Shown here: positions 10,809-20,212 of the stretch, piece after piece
Position numbering within the stretch: position 1 is the first letter of the stretch
Layout of the letters: every line of letters begins with the position of its first letter
DNA from: an uncultured Collinsella sp.
GTDB taxonomy: Bacteria; Actinomycetota; Coriobacteriia; Coriobacteriales; Coriobacteriaceae
Length of the DNA stretch: 64,000 nt
Assembly: GCA_902494555.1 (NCBI GenBank)
Contig: CABUTR010000003.1
Location: 12,651-76,650, forward strand
Reading direction: 5' to 3'
Position numbers and translations under genes: made by a program
The notes under the pieces: model-generated
Databases searched by the model: none
What the model saw: the letters and a program-made list of their open reading frames with translations, nothing else
What the model was told of the DNA's origin: nothing

Positions 10809-13265
10809 CTATTGCGATGCTGTCTGCGCGAGGCGAGCGCGAGCGATGGCGGCCTGACCGTAGGCGATGCAGCCGTCGTTGACGGGCACGGCGTGGGGGA
10901 CCAAGACGGCAAGACCGGCGTCTTTGAGTTCGTGGGTAAGAAGCTGAAGCAAAAGCCGGTTCATGAACACACCGCCCGAGAGCGCGACGGTATCGAGGCC
11001 TTCGCGCGCGCAGATTTCGCGTGCGATTCGTGCCGAAGAGCGTGCGATGGCGATGTGAAACTCGAGGGCGAGCCTATCGGCCGGCGCGCCTGCCTCGATT
11101 CCATTCAGAAGAGCTTCGATGAGTGGTTGGGGGTCCAAGATGGGGGAGTCATCGGCAGACGTGAATACGCCTGTATGATTGCCGCCGAGACGAACGGTCT
11201 TACCGCCGAGCGCGCGCCAGGCGGCGGCTTCAAGCTCGATGGCGGGTTCGCCCTCGTAGGTTGCCTGGCCGCAAATGCCCAGGATCGCGGCTGAGGCATC
11301 AAACAAGCGACCCATGCTGCTGGTACGCGGGCTGTTGATGCCGCGCTCGATCATGGTGGCCGTCACGCTGCGCGTTTGCTCGTCGAGGCTGTCCAAAAGC
11401 CGAGCGGCGCCTGGGTGCTCGAGCAGGCCGAGCTCACTGAGCAGGGCAAAGGCGTTGCGGCGGGCGTCGCGCACGGAGGCCGCCCCGCCGGGGAGCGCCC
11501 AGGTGCGCAAATGCGCGGCGCGCTCAAAGCCGCCAAGGCTGGCAACAAGAAACTCGCCGCCCCAAATGGTCCCATCGGTACCGGCGCCGGTGCCGTCAAA
11601 GGCGATGCCAAGGACGCGCTCGTCGGTTGTAAGCTGGCCCGCGGCGATAGCCTCGGCCATTACGCTCGCGATATGCGCATGATGGTGCTGCACCTCGACG
11701 AGCGGCAGATTGCATTTTCGCGCCTGCTCGCGCGCCCACTGGCTCGATAGATAGCTGGGATGTACATCGCAGGCTAAGGCGGCGGGCGCCAAGTCAAAGA
11801 GATCTTCCAAGCGCGTGCGCGCGGCGTTCCAGGCATCGAAGGTCCCGCCGTTTTCAACATCGCCGATATGCTGCGACACAAAACAGGTTGCCTCGCCGTT
11901 CGCCCCCTCACGTGTGAGCGCAATCGTGGCCTTTTGTTGTGGCCCACAGGCGAGCACGCAGGACGGAGTGCCGTCGAGCGCCGGCAACGGCAGCGGCTGG
12001 GGTGCATATCCGCGAGCGCGCCGCACGGGCATAACGGCGCCGTCGACCACGCGTACCACAGAGTCGTCGTAGCGCGACAGAATTGCGCGGTCGTTGCCGA
12101 GCAACGCGTCGGCGATGCCGGCGGCAACGAGGTGTTCCCAGGCAAGGTCGTCGTCGGTCTCGATGGGTTCTTCGCTCAGGTTTCCGCTGGTCATGACGAG
12201 CGCGTGCATACCGCAGGCTTCTGCCGCGGCAAGCAACAGATGCTGAAGCGGGGTGTAGGGGAGCATAACACCGAGCTCGGGAAGGTCGTGCGCGACGGAC
12301 GGCGCGAGCGCGAGGGCGTCGGGGGAATCGCCGCTCTCGCAAACAGCACGTCGGCGCAGCAGCACAATGGGGCGAATGCTGCCGGCCAGCAAGCCGCGCT
12401 CAACGTCGCTGATATGGCACAGGCGTTCAACGTCGGCAAGGCTGCGCACCATAACGGCAAGTGGCTTGTTGCTGCGGCGTTTACGGCGGCGAAGCTCGGC
12501 TACCGCCTGCTCGTTGGAGGCGTCACAGGATAGATGAAATCCGCCCAGGCCCTTGATGGCGACGATGCCACCAACGGCCAGCAGCTCAACGCAGCGGTCG
12601 ATAATGGCGTCGCTGGTCTCGCGCGTGGTGCCGACGGCCAGCGGCGCGGCGGCTTCGCCCGGCTCATCGCCCACGCTCGCTTCGCGCCACATGATATGCG
12701 GCCCGCAATCAAAGCAGGCATCGGGCTGCGCGTGAAAGCGACGGTCGAGCGGATTGGCATACTCCGCGGCACACTCAGGGCACATGGGAAAACGGTCCAT
12801 CGAGGTAGCCGCTCGGTCATAAGGCAGCGATCGGATGATGGTAAAGCGTGGGCCGCAGTTAGTGCAGTTGATAAAGGGGTAGTGATAGCGTCGGTCGGCG
12901 GGATCGAACAGCTCGCGCAGGCAATCGTCGCAGGTGGCGATATCGGGCGAGACGAGCGTCGTGTGCGCGGTCTGGTCCTGCGATGCTACGATGCGAAAAC
13001 CCTCTTCATTGGCGGCATCCCAACCGTTGGCTGCCAGGTCCACAACCTCGACATGCTCTACGCGGGCTGCCGCAGGCGCATGCTCAGAAAGCGCGGCAAC
13101 AAAAGCATCGAGCGCACCGGCCAGAGCATGCGCTTCGATATGTACGCCGTCGCCCGCGTTGAGCACCCATCCGCAAATGCCATGCGCCATGGCCTCGCGA
13201 TACACAAACGGCCGCATGCCAACGCCCTGCACAATGCCCGTTACATGAATATGCACATGCCGCAT
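10809..13265 (-). CDS. hypF: Carbamoyltransferase HypF
   Basis: GIVQGVGMRP acylphosphatase domain, CxxC zinc fingers, KGLGGFHL, DVHPSY, QHHHAH, DGTGAG, SGGVFMN, NDGCIAYGQ. Confidence 0.97.
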   Translation of the reverse strand: MRHVHIHVTGIVQGVGMRPFVYREAMAHGICGWVLNAGDGVHIEAHALAGALDAFVAALSEHAPAAARVEHVEVVDLAANGWDAANEEGFRIVASQDQTAHTTLVSPDIATCDDCLRELFDPADRRYHYPFINCTNCGPRFTIIRSLPYDRAATSMDRFPMCPECAAEYANPLDRRFHAQPDACFDCGPHIMWREASVGDEPGEAAAPLAVGTTRETSDAIIDRCVELLAVGGIVAIKGLGGFHLSCDASNEQAVAELRRRKRRSNKPLAVMVRSLADVERLCHISDVERGLLAGSIRPIVLLRRRAVCESGDSPDALALAPSVAHDLPELGVMLPYTPLQHLLLAAAEACGMHALVMTSGNLSEEPIETDDDLAWEHLVAAGIADALLGNDRAILSRYDDSVVRVVDGAVMPVRRARGYAPQPLPLPALDGTPSCVLACGPQQKATIALTREGANGEATCFVSQHIGDVENGGTFDAWNAARTRLEDLFDLAPAALACDVHPSYLSSQWAREQARKCNLPLVEVQHHHAHIASVMAEAIAAGQLTTDERVLGIAFDGTGAGTDGTIWGGEFLVASLGGFERAAHLRTWALPGGAASVRDARRNAFALLSELGLLEHPGAARLLDSLDEQTRSVTATMIERGINSPRTSSMGRLFDASAAILGICGQATYEGEPAIELEAAAWRALGGKTVRLGGNHTGVFTSADDSPILDPQPLIEALLNGIEAGAPADRLALEFHIAIARSSARIAREICAREGLDTVALSGGVFMNRLLLQLLTHELKDAGLAVLVPHAVPVNDGCIAYGQAAIARARLAQTASQ

Positions 13266-13288
13266 GCGACACCCCTCATCAAAACCGA

Positions 13289-13359
13289 CCAAAAAGGGAC
13301 AGGTTTATTTTGGTAGGTAAAACTTCTAAACCTGCCAAAATAAACCTGTCCCTTTTTGG
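13289..13359. repeat. Inverted pair of 25-bp GGGAC-loop repeats (family II)
   Basis: CCAAAAAGGGACAGGTTTATTTTGG at 13289-13313 and its exact reverse complement at 13335-13359. Confidence 0.92.
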
Positions 13360-13367
13360 TAGGTGCG

Positions 13368-13880
13368 CTACAGCCCCAGGCTCTGCTTGGTGGCGGCGCA
13401 CGTGAGCTCGCCGTGCTTAACGCCGCGCAGGCCCAGCAGGCGGTCGGCTAGTTCGTAGACGCGCTCGCCGCGACCCTTGAGCGCCAGAATCTCCAAGCAG
13501 TTGTGGTGATCCAGATGCACGTGCATGGTCGATACGATCTCGTCAGTGTAGTCGTGCTGCACCTCGTCCAGACGGCGCGTCAGGTCGCCGGTGTGGTGGT
13601 CGTAGATCATGGTGAGCGACCCGATAACATGCTCGTCGGGCGTGCGCATCTGCTCCTTGGCGATCGAGGCGCGAATCAGGTCGCGCACGGCTTCGGAGCG
13701 GTTGGCCACGTCGCCGCGGCGCGCAATCTGTTCGTCAAAACGGCGCAGCAGGTCGTCCGGTGCGGTAACCGAAAAGCGGACCAGCTCGGAACTGGAGCCG
13801 CTGCAGCGGCAGCCCGCGTCACCGTCCGCCCCGTGCGGATGCTCGTGCTCGTACCCGCAACCGTGCTCGTGTTCGGCCAC
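13368..13880 (-). CDS. nikR: Nickel-responsive regulator NikR with His/Cys-rich N-terminal extension
   Basis: RHH (VRFSVT...NRSEAVRDLIR), YDHH, HVHLDHHNCLE; extension MAEHEHGCGYEHEHPHG. Confidence 0.95.
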   Translation of the reverse strand: MAEHEHGCGYEHEHPHGADGDAGCRCSGSSSELVRFSVTAPDDLLRRFDEQIARRGDVANRSEAVRDLIRASIAKEQMRTPDEHVIGSLTMIYDHHTGDLTRRLDEVQHDYTDEIVSTMHVHLDHHNCLEILALKGRGERVYELADRLLGLRGVKHGELTCAATKQSLGL

Positions 13881-13881
13881 G

Positions 13882-14130
13882 TTACACCAGCTTCACGGAG
13901 CCGACGGAGTTGTGGTCGGCCTCGATGGCCTCTTCGTAGCCCTCGAGTGCGTCGTGGGCCTCGTGCAGCGCGGCCATGGCTGCCTCGAGCTTGGCGCCGA
14001 TGCGTTCCATGTCAAAATTCTCGGTCGCATGCAGCAGCTGATGGCTCCACTCGTGGGCGAGCTCGATGGTGTCGTCGACCTGCTTGACGCTCATGGCAAG
14101 CTGGCTCATGTTCATTCCGACGTCATGCAT
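13882..14130 (-). CDS. Small acidic His-rich helical protein of unknown function
   Basis: AAGGAG RBS, 82 aa, stop codon 1 nt before the nikR start. Confidence 0.8.
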   Translation of the reverse strand: MHDVGMNMSQLAMSVKQVDDTIELAHEWSHQLLHATENFDMERIGAKLEAAMAALHEAHDALEGYEEAIEADHNSVGSVKLV

Positions 14131-14202
14131 GGGAAATCTCCTTATGCTCGGGGCAATCCGGTGGTTCAGATTCTACTACGCCCGCGCGGGGCACTACCGC
14201 AT

Positions 14203-14240
14203 AAGAAAACGGGTGCGAGTCTGTGTGACCCGCACCCGTT
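14203..14240 (-). terminator. Intrinsic terminator downstream of trxA
   Basis: Minus strand AACGGGTGCGGGTC-ACACA-GACTCGCACCCGTT followed by TTCTT. Confidence 0.65.
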
Positions 14241-14351
14241 CACTGGGGGCTGTTTGTATTTACCATACTATCCGTGGTCGCATGCGGTGCACCCAGAAGT
14301 CCGGCGAGCGGTGCAAAAGCGCTCATGGACGGCGGGCAAGTAACAAGCGTA

Positions 14352-14672
14352 TTACAGATGCTTCTCCAGCAGCGCCTGCAGCCTCGCCTTAGGCAGAGCG
14401 CCAACCGAGCGGTCAATCTCTTCGCCGTTCTTAAACACAATCAGCGTGGGGATGCTCATGACGCCATACTTCATGGCCAGGTCCTGGTTATCATCGACGT
14501 TGCATTTGGCAACGGCAAGCTTGCCCGCCAGCTCATCGGCAACCTCGTCAACGATGGGCGAGAGCGATCGGCAGGGCCCGCACCACGGTGCCCAAAAATC
14601 GACCAGCACGGGCAGGCTGCCGTTAACGATGGAATCGAAGTTCTCGGGGGTAATCTGCTTAATGTCAGCCAT
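14352..14672 (-). CDS. trxA: Thioredoxin
   Basis: DFWAPWCGPC, VMSIPTL; GGAGG RBS. Confidence 0.96.
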   Translation of the reverse strand: MADIKQITPENFDSIVNGSLPVLVDFWAPWCGPCRSLSPIVDEVADELAGKLAVAKCNVDDNQDLAMKYGVMSIPTLIVFKNGEEIDRSVGALPKARLQALLEKHL

Positions 14673-14808
14673 GGTGACCTCCATAATGTGACGCGGCTCA
14701 GCCGCGTAAAACTCAGTACGACCGTGCTTATACCCAGCCGCCCGCAAAGCAACCACTCGCGGGCAGCTCTTTTATATAATGGTGGGCACGCAAACGATTG
14801 GAGAGCGC

Positions 14809-15384
14809 ATGTCCACGTCACAAAGCCAGAAAAAAGAAGCCATCGCCCAGGCGGCCGAGCAGGAGCTCACATCGCTTGCGGTCCGTGGCGTGCGCATCGT
14901 GGGCAACGCGTGCTCGCCGATCGTGCTGGTCAAAGGCGATTTGGACGAGGCCGAGCGTTCGGGTGGCGAGCTTGCCGCCGGCCCGGATGGCGCGGCGTTG
15001 CGCAAGGCGCTTGGGGCCATCGGCTACGCGCCCGAGGATTTTTGCGTGCTGGCAAGCGTCGCCGGCACAGGCGACGGAGCGGTCGCGGTGGGCGAGACTC
15101 TGCCGTGCGAACTGTTCCGCGAGGCGCTTGAGGCCTTGGACCCCGAGGCGGTGCTACTGCTCGACAACAACGCGGCTGACGCCATGCGCGAGACCTACGC
15201 CGATATGCTCGTGGCGATCGATGACTTCGCCACCGCCATGCTCAAGCCCGGCCTGGTCGCCCATGTGCAGGGCCGTCGCGTGCTCGCGCTTGATGGCTTT
15301 GAGGCAGCGCTGACCGACAAGGCGGCCAAGCAGCGCATGTGGGCCTACATCAAGCAGCTGACCCCGGCGGCCGCGCCGCTGTAG
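14809..15384 (+). CDS. Hypothetical protein, possibly a degenerate uracil-DNA-glycosylase-like fold
   Basis: IVGNACSPIVLVKG...GPDGAALRKALGAIG...LDPEAVLLL...KQRMW echoes the family-4 UDG layout without its catalytic motifs. Confidence 0.6.
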   Translation: MSTSQSQKKEAIAQAAEQELTSLAVRGVRIVGNACSPIVLVKGDLDEAERSGGELAAGPDGAALRKALGAIGYAPEDFCVLASVAGTGDGAVAVGETLPCELFREALEALDPEAVLLLDNNAADAMRETYADMLVAIDDFATAMLKPGLVAHVQGRRVLALDGFEAALTDKAAKQRMWAYIKQLTPAAAPL

Positions 15385-15458
15385 CGAGCCCGCGTCGACA
15401 AACGACCCCGAGCGGGCGAGCCGTACCCGCGGAACGCAAATCCGTCGCGCCCGCGCCC

Positions 15459-16736
15459 TTACATCACAGCGCGCAGCTCAAACCGATCGCCGTTAATGCG
15501 GAACTGACAATTGCCGTTCATGCGCTCCACGGCAAGTTTGATGCTCTTGGTGCCAAAGCCGTGGCCCGCATGCTGGGTCACGGGCATGCCGTCGACCATG
15601 CGCGGCGCGCGGTCAAACGTGTTGGAAACTAACAGCAGCAGCTGGCCGTCCTCCAATCGCAGGTCAAAGTCGACGAATCGCTTTCCTTGGGGTGCGGCGC
15701 TTGCGGCGGTGATAGCGTTTTCCAAGGCATTTGAGAGCACGCTAAACAGGTCGGCGTCACCTACGTGGATCGTTTCGGGTACGGCGGCACGCAGGTTGGC
15801 GGTAATGCCGTTTCTTTTGATATCCGAGTTAAGTGACGAAAGCGCGATGTTTACGGTCTCGTTGGCGCAGAAGCGGCGTACGGCGGTGCGGTCGCCGGCT
15901 TCGCAGAGTTCGTCGATGCGTTTGAGCGCCTCGTCGGTGTGGCCCTCCTCAATTAAAGCGGCCAGGCCGCGTAGGAAGTGGCGCATATCGTGGCGAAGAA
16001 TCGACAGCTCGCGCCCAGATTGACGCCAAGCCTCGAGCTCTTTGATGGCGGCGCTGTCGCGGGTTTCGAGCATCCAACGCTCTCGCTCGGCGGTTTCCTT
16101 TTCTTCGTATTCGCGCAGGTAAACGGCAAGAAACATAAGATAGAAGGCACAGAGCGCAAATGCCAAAAACTCAACCGTCACCACCGAGCCCGAGTGGAAC
16201 AGCGTGGTGTAGACGTTGGTGGCGTAGTCAAAGATGTAATAGACGAGCGGCAGGATTAAAAGGATGCTCAGCTCGGTGGGGCTTTTAATCGCCAGGCGGG
16301 GTCCAATGTCGCCGGCCCAATGCAGCAGGACGGCAAAGACGCCGAGCGTGGTAGCGATGCGTGCCAGATAGTACGCGATCTGAGAATCGGTTGCGGCAAA
16401 TGCGGCGATGCCCATCCAATTGCTGAACTGGCAGCTCAGATAGGCGCTGGTGACGCCCAACGTCGCGAGCAGCGGGCTCAAGTGGTAGCGCGCGCATAGG
16501 TAGACGGTAAGCGGCAAGTGCACGACGAGCGGATAGACCTGACGGGCAAAAAGCTCTCCGCCAACGACATTGGCGATCGAAAAGGCAGCGCCGGTTGCGG
16601 CTCCGACCCCCACCAACTCGAGTGCATGGCGTCGATTGATTTCGATACCGCACAGCGCCGCCGAAGCAAAGACGCCAAAGAGTAGCGTTGTGGCGTGGTG
16701 GATTGCCCAAAGGACCATTTCGACCGAGGAGATCAT
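15459..16736 (-). CDS. AgrC/VirS-like membrane GHKL histidine kinase
   Basis: Multiple TM helices, LRHDMRH H-box, SNALENAI, GHGFGTKSI. Confidence 0.9.
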   Translation of the reverse strand: MISSVEMVLWAIHHATTLLFGVFASAALCGIEINRRHALELVGVGAATGAAFSIANVVGGELFARQVYPLVVHLPLTVYLCARYHLSPLLATLGVTSAYLSCQFSNWMGIAAFAATDSQIAYYLARIATTLGVFAVLLHWAGDIGPRLAIKSPTELSILLILPLVYYIFDYATNVYTTLFHSGSVVTVEFLAFALCAFYLMFLAVYLREYEEKETAERERWMLETRDSAAIKELEAWRQSGRELSILRHDMRHFLRGLAALIEEGHTDEALKRIDELCEAGDRTAVRRFCANETVNIALSSLNSDIKRNGITANLRAAVPETIHVGDADLFSVLSNALENAITAASAAPQGKRFVDFDLRLEDGQLLLLVSNTFDRAPRMVDGMPVTQHAGHGFGTKSIKLAVERMNGNCQFRINGDRFELRAVM

Positions 16737-17458
16737 CAGCGCCTCCCGCCCTCGAAGCGCACCGCAAAGTAGGCGTCTTGGAACCCCTGCTTGCTGCTGC
16801 GCGACAGCGGAATGCACGCGCCGGAGCGCATGACGATGTCCGTGCGATCGAAGTGGTCGATGTTGCGCAAGTTGACCTGGTAGCTACGGTGGCATTTAAA
16901 GAAGGTGGCATTTTGCGCCAAACGGTCCTCGACGCTGCGGAACGATTCGAGTGCCTCGATATCGCGTCCGTCGCGCAGGTGGAAGACCACGTGCTTGTTG
17001 CGCGCCTCGGCATATTCGATGTCGGACAGGCGCAGGGCGTGGTAGCCAAAGGACGTTTTGATCACGAGCTCGTCGGTTGCCGCCGGGCGCATGCTCGAAA
17101 GCTCGTCGAGTAACTGCGCCAGGCGTTCGTAAGTCACGGGCTTGAGCAGATAGTCGAAGGCGCGGACCTCGTAGGACTCCAGTGCAAACTCGGGCGATGA
17201 GGTGAGAAACACCAGGCGCACGGCGGTATCGGCCTGGCGCAATTCGCGCGCGGTGTCCATGCCGTTGACGAGCGGCATGATCATGTCGAGCAGAATGATG
17301 TCGGCGCGCGATGCGGCATGGCGGGCCAGCAGGTCCTCGCCGCGCGTGACGAGCGCAACTTCGACCGCCGTGCCCGTCTCGCTCGACCAACGGTCGATCA
17401 TCCGGTGCAGTCTATCTAGAAAAGCGACGTCGTCGTCGCAGGCAATAATCTTGAGCAT
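16736..17458 (-). CDS. LytTR-family response regulator
   Basis: ACDDD, LLDMIMP, YLLKP receiver; FFKCHRSYQVN LytTR; TGATG overlap with the kinase start. Confidence 0.94.
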   Translation of the reverse strand: MLKIIACDDDVAFLDRLHRMIDRWSSETGTAVEVALVTRGEDLLARHAASRADIILLDMIMPLVNGMDTARELRQADTAVRLVFLTSSPEFALESYEVRAFDYLLKPVTYERLAQLLDELSSMRPAATDELVIKTSFGYHALRLSDIEYAEARNKHVVFHLRDGRDIEALESFRSVEDRLAQNATFFKCHRSYQVNLRNIDHFDRTDIVMRSGACIPLSRSSKQGFQDAYFAVRFEGGRR

Positions 17459-17666
17459 TCTGAGCCCCCTTAGTAGTTCGATTTTGCCACATTGGGTGCG
17501 GACCGCTCGCGGAGGCGTGTCCCATTTGCGCCCCACGTCGCGCAACTCGCGCCGAGCGGTATTGCGGTGGCGAAAGATGCCTCCTGCGCTATCGAGAGCT
17601 CGGCTATCCTCAGCTTGCCAGTTCGAAAATGGACCTGCCGCATGATTGAATCTTTATTTCAACTTT

Positions 17667-17710
17667 ACACCTAGGTTTACAGCTGTCTTGTCAGCTGTAA
17701 ACCTAGGTGT
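17667..17710. promoter_or_regulatory. Probable NiaR operator upstream of nadA
   Basis: Perfect 19-bp inverted repeat ACACCTAGGTTTACAGCTG-TCTTGT-CAGCTGTAAACCTAGGTGT; core resembles NiaR boxes. Confidence 0.75.
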
Positions 17711-17751
17711 CATACTAAAGCCCCAAGATTCGCCAAAAGAGAGGGGCCTTG

Positions 17752-18777
17752 ATGGCACAGAGCGCGAACATGGATGCATCGGAGCTTGCACGCGACATTG
17801 CGGCCGGCCTGGCATCGGCAACGACGGCAACGGAGCGCGCGGCATTGGTGCCCGCAGAGCTCGTTGAGGCCATTCAGCAACTTAAAACCCAACGTGACGC
17901 GGTGATCCTGGCACACTATTACGTGGCGCCCGAGGTCCAGGCTGTGGCCGATTACGTCGGTGACAGCTTCTATCTGGCAAAGCTTGCCAAGAGCCTGCCG
18001 CAGCAGACCATCGTGTTGTGCGGCGTGGAGTTTATGGGCGAGAGCGCCAAGCTGCTCAATCCCACCAAGACGGTGCTGCTGCCCGAGCCGGGCGCGGACT
18101 GCCCCATGGCTCATATGGTCAAGCGCGAGACAGTCGATGCGGCGCGCGCCGAGTACGGCGATGACCTTGCCGTGGTCTGCTACGTCAACTCCACGGTCGA
18201 GATCAAGAGCTGGAGCGACGTGTGCGTCACCAGCTCCAACGCCGTTAAGATCGTGTCCGAGCTGCCGCAGCAGCATATCCTGTTCATTCCCGACCAAAAC
18301 CTGGGCCGCTTCGTAGCCGAGCAGGTGCCGCAAAAGCACGTCATTCTCAACAACGGCTACTGCCCGCGCCATCACATCATCACCGTCGAACAGATCGTCG
18401 ACGCGACGGAGGCCCACCCCGACGCGCTCGTGCTGGCGCATCCTGAGTGCAAGGCCGACGTCTTGGCCGAGGCCGACTACATCGGCTCCACCGCCGGCAT
18501 CATCAAGTACGCCGAGGAGTCCGACGCGAGCGAGTTCATTATCGTGACGGTCCGTGGCGTGCTCTACGAGCTCGAGCGCCGCTGCCAGGGCACCGGCAAG
18601 AAGTTCTACTTCCCCGCGGTGCAGCCCACCTGCGTCAACATGGATCTCATCACGCTCGAAAAGCTCGTGCGCTGCCTGGAGACGGGCGAGGGCGAGGTGC
18701 AGATTGGCGTGTCGGACGAGGCCGCCGATCAGGCCAAGCTCACGCTCGACCGCATGCTCGAGTACGCAGCGCGCTAG
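17752..18777 (+). CDS. nadA: Quinolinate synthase A
   Basis: ILAHYY, GDSFYL, CGVEFMGES, CPMA, YVNS, CVTSSN, AHPEC. Confidence 0.96.
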   Translation: MAQSANMDASELARDIAAGLASATTATERAALVPAELVEAIQQLKTQRDAVILAHYYVAPEVQAVADYVGDSFYLAKLAKSLPQQTIVLCGVEFMGESAKLLNPTKTVLLPEPGADCPMAHMVKRETVDAARAEYGDDLAVVCYVNSTVEIKSWSDVCVTSSNAVKIVSELPQQHILFIPDQNLGRFVAEQVPQKHVILNNGYCPRHHIITVEQIVDATEAHPDALVLAHPECKADVLAEADYIGSTAGIIKYAEESDASEFIIVTVRGVLYELERRCQGTGKKFYFPAVQPTCVNMDLITLEKLVRCLETGEGEVQIGVSDEAADQAKLTLDRMLEYAAR

Positions 18778-18832
18778 AACAATGCGGTATGAGGGACGGT
18801 CCCTTATGTCACATTCAAGGGAGAGGATTCCT

Positions 18833-20209
18833 GTGGAAACCAAGCAATACCCCGATATGGAGTGCGACGTCGTCATCGCCGGCTGCGGCGTAGCGGGCCT
18901 GTATGCGGCTCTCAACCTGCCGACGAGCATGCGCGTGATCATGCTCTCCAAGGGCGCTGTCGACGAGTGCGATTCGATGCTCGCGCAGGGCGGCATTTGC
19001 GTGCTGCCCGAGGGCTCGGACTACGATGCCTTCTTTGAGGACACCATGCATGCCGGCCACTACGAGAACCGCCGCGAGAGCGTCGACATCATGATCCGCT
19101 CGAGCCGCTCGGTCATCAACGACTTGCTAGCGATGGGCGTGGATTTTGAGCGCAAGGCCGACGGCAGCCTCGACTTTACCCGCGAGGGCGCGCACAGCCG
19201 TCCGCGCATTGCCTTCCATGCCGATATCACCGGCAAGGAGATTACGACCAAGCTGCTCCAGGCCGTTCGCAAGCTGGATAACGTGCAGATTTTGGAGCAC
19301 GTAGCCATGACCGATATCCTGACGGGCGAGCGTGACGGCGCCACGGTGTGTGCCGGTGTCGTCGCCGTTTCCGTGGACGAGGACAACTCGGTTCGTCCCG
19401 CCGACGAGCTGACAAATGCCGCCGAGGGCGTGTATGCCGGCGAGCCGTTTAAGATCCATGCCCGCCACACGCTGTGGGCGACGGGCGGTATCGGCGGCGT
19501 ATACGACCATTCGACCAACTACCCGCAGCTCACGGGCGATGCCTGCTACATTGCTCAGGAGCATGGCATTAAGATGGAGCATCTGGACTACGTGCAGATC
19601 CACCCCACGGGACTGTTCTCGCCGCAGCCGGGCCGCACCTTCCTGATCAGCGAGAGCTGCCGCGGCGAGGGCGCGATTTTGCTCAACGCCGCCGGCGAGC
19701 GCTTTACCGACGAGCTTCAGCCGCGCGATGTGGTCGCTGCTGCCATTCGCGAGCAGATGAAGCAGGATGGCACCGAGCACGAGTGGCTGAGCTTTGCCCC
19801 CGTCGAGCGCGATGTAGTGACCGGGCATTTTGCCAACATTCGCGCGCGCTGCCTTGAGGACGGCCGCGACATCTTGGACGAGCCCATCCCCGTTACGCCC
19901 ACGCAGCACTACTTTATGGGTGGCGTATGGGTCGATAAGGACGGCCGCACCTCGATGCCCGAGCTCTACGCCGCGGGCGAGACGGCCTGCAACGGCGTTC
20001 ACGGCAAGAATCGCCTTGCATCAAACAGCCTGCTCGAGGCGCTGGTCTGGGGTCGTCGCGCCGCGTGGTATATGCGTACCGGCGAGTCACTGGCCGTGGA
20101 GCAGGCCGGTGAGCCCGCGCTCGATGGCCGTCACCGCGCCCTGAGCGCCGATACCCTGGCAATCGATGATTTGGCCCGTGCCGCCGGCACGCAGGCCGTG
20201 GAGGAGTAG
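18833..20209 (+). CDS. nadB: L-aspartate oxidase (short form)
   Basis: GCGVAG, SMLAQGG, REGAHS, QIHPT, SESCRGEG, HYFMGG, GVHGKNRLASNSLLE; GTG start inferred from RBS. Confidence 0.93.
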   Translation: METKQYPDMECDVVIAGCGVAGLYAALNLPTSMRVIMLSKGAVDECDSMLAQGGICVLPEGSDYDAFFEDTMHAGHYENRRESVDIMIRSSRSVINDLLAMGVDFERKADGSLDFTREGAHSRPRIAFHADITGKEITTKLLQAVRKLDNVQILEHVAMTDILTGERDGATVCAGVVAVSVDEDNSVRPADELTNAAEGVYAGEPFKIHARHTLWATGGIGGVYDHSTNYPQLTGDACYIAQEHGIKMEHLDYVQIHPTGLFSPQPGRTFLISESCRGEGAILLNAAGERFTDELQPRDVVAAAIREQMKQDGTEHEWLSFAPVERDVVTGHFANIRARCLEDGRDILDEPIPVTPTQHYFMGGVWVDKDGRTSMPELYAAGETACNGVHGKNRLASNSLLEALVWGRRAAWYMRTGESLAVEQAGEPALDGRHRALSADTLAIDDLARAAGTQAVEE

Positions 20210-20212
20210 ACC

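Noticed and set aside
14255..14270. GTATTTACCATAC as a NikR operator
   Set aside because: Half-site spacing is far shorter than known NikR sites and it lies outside the trxA terminator; too weak
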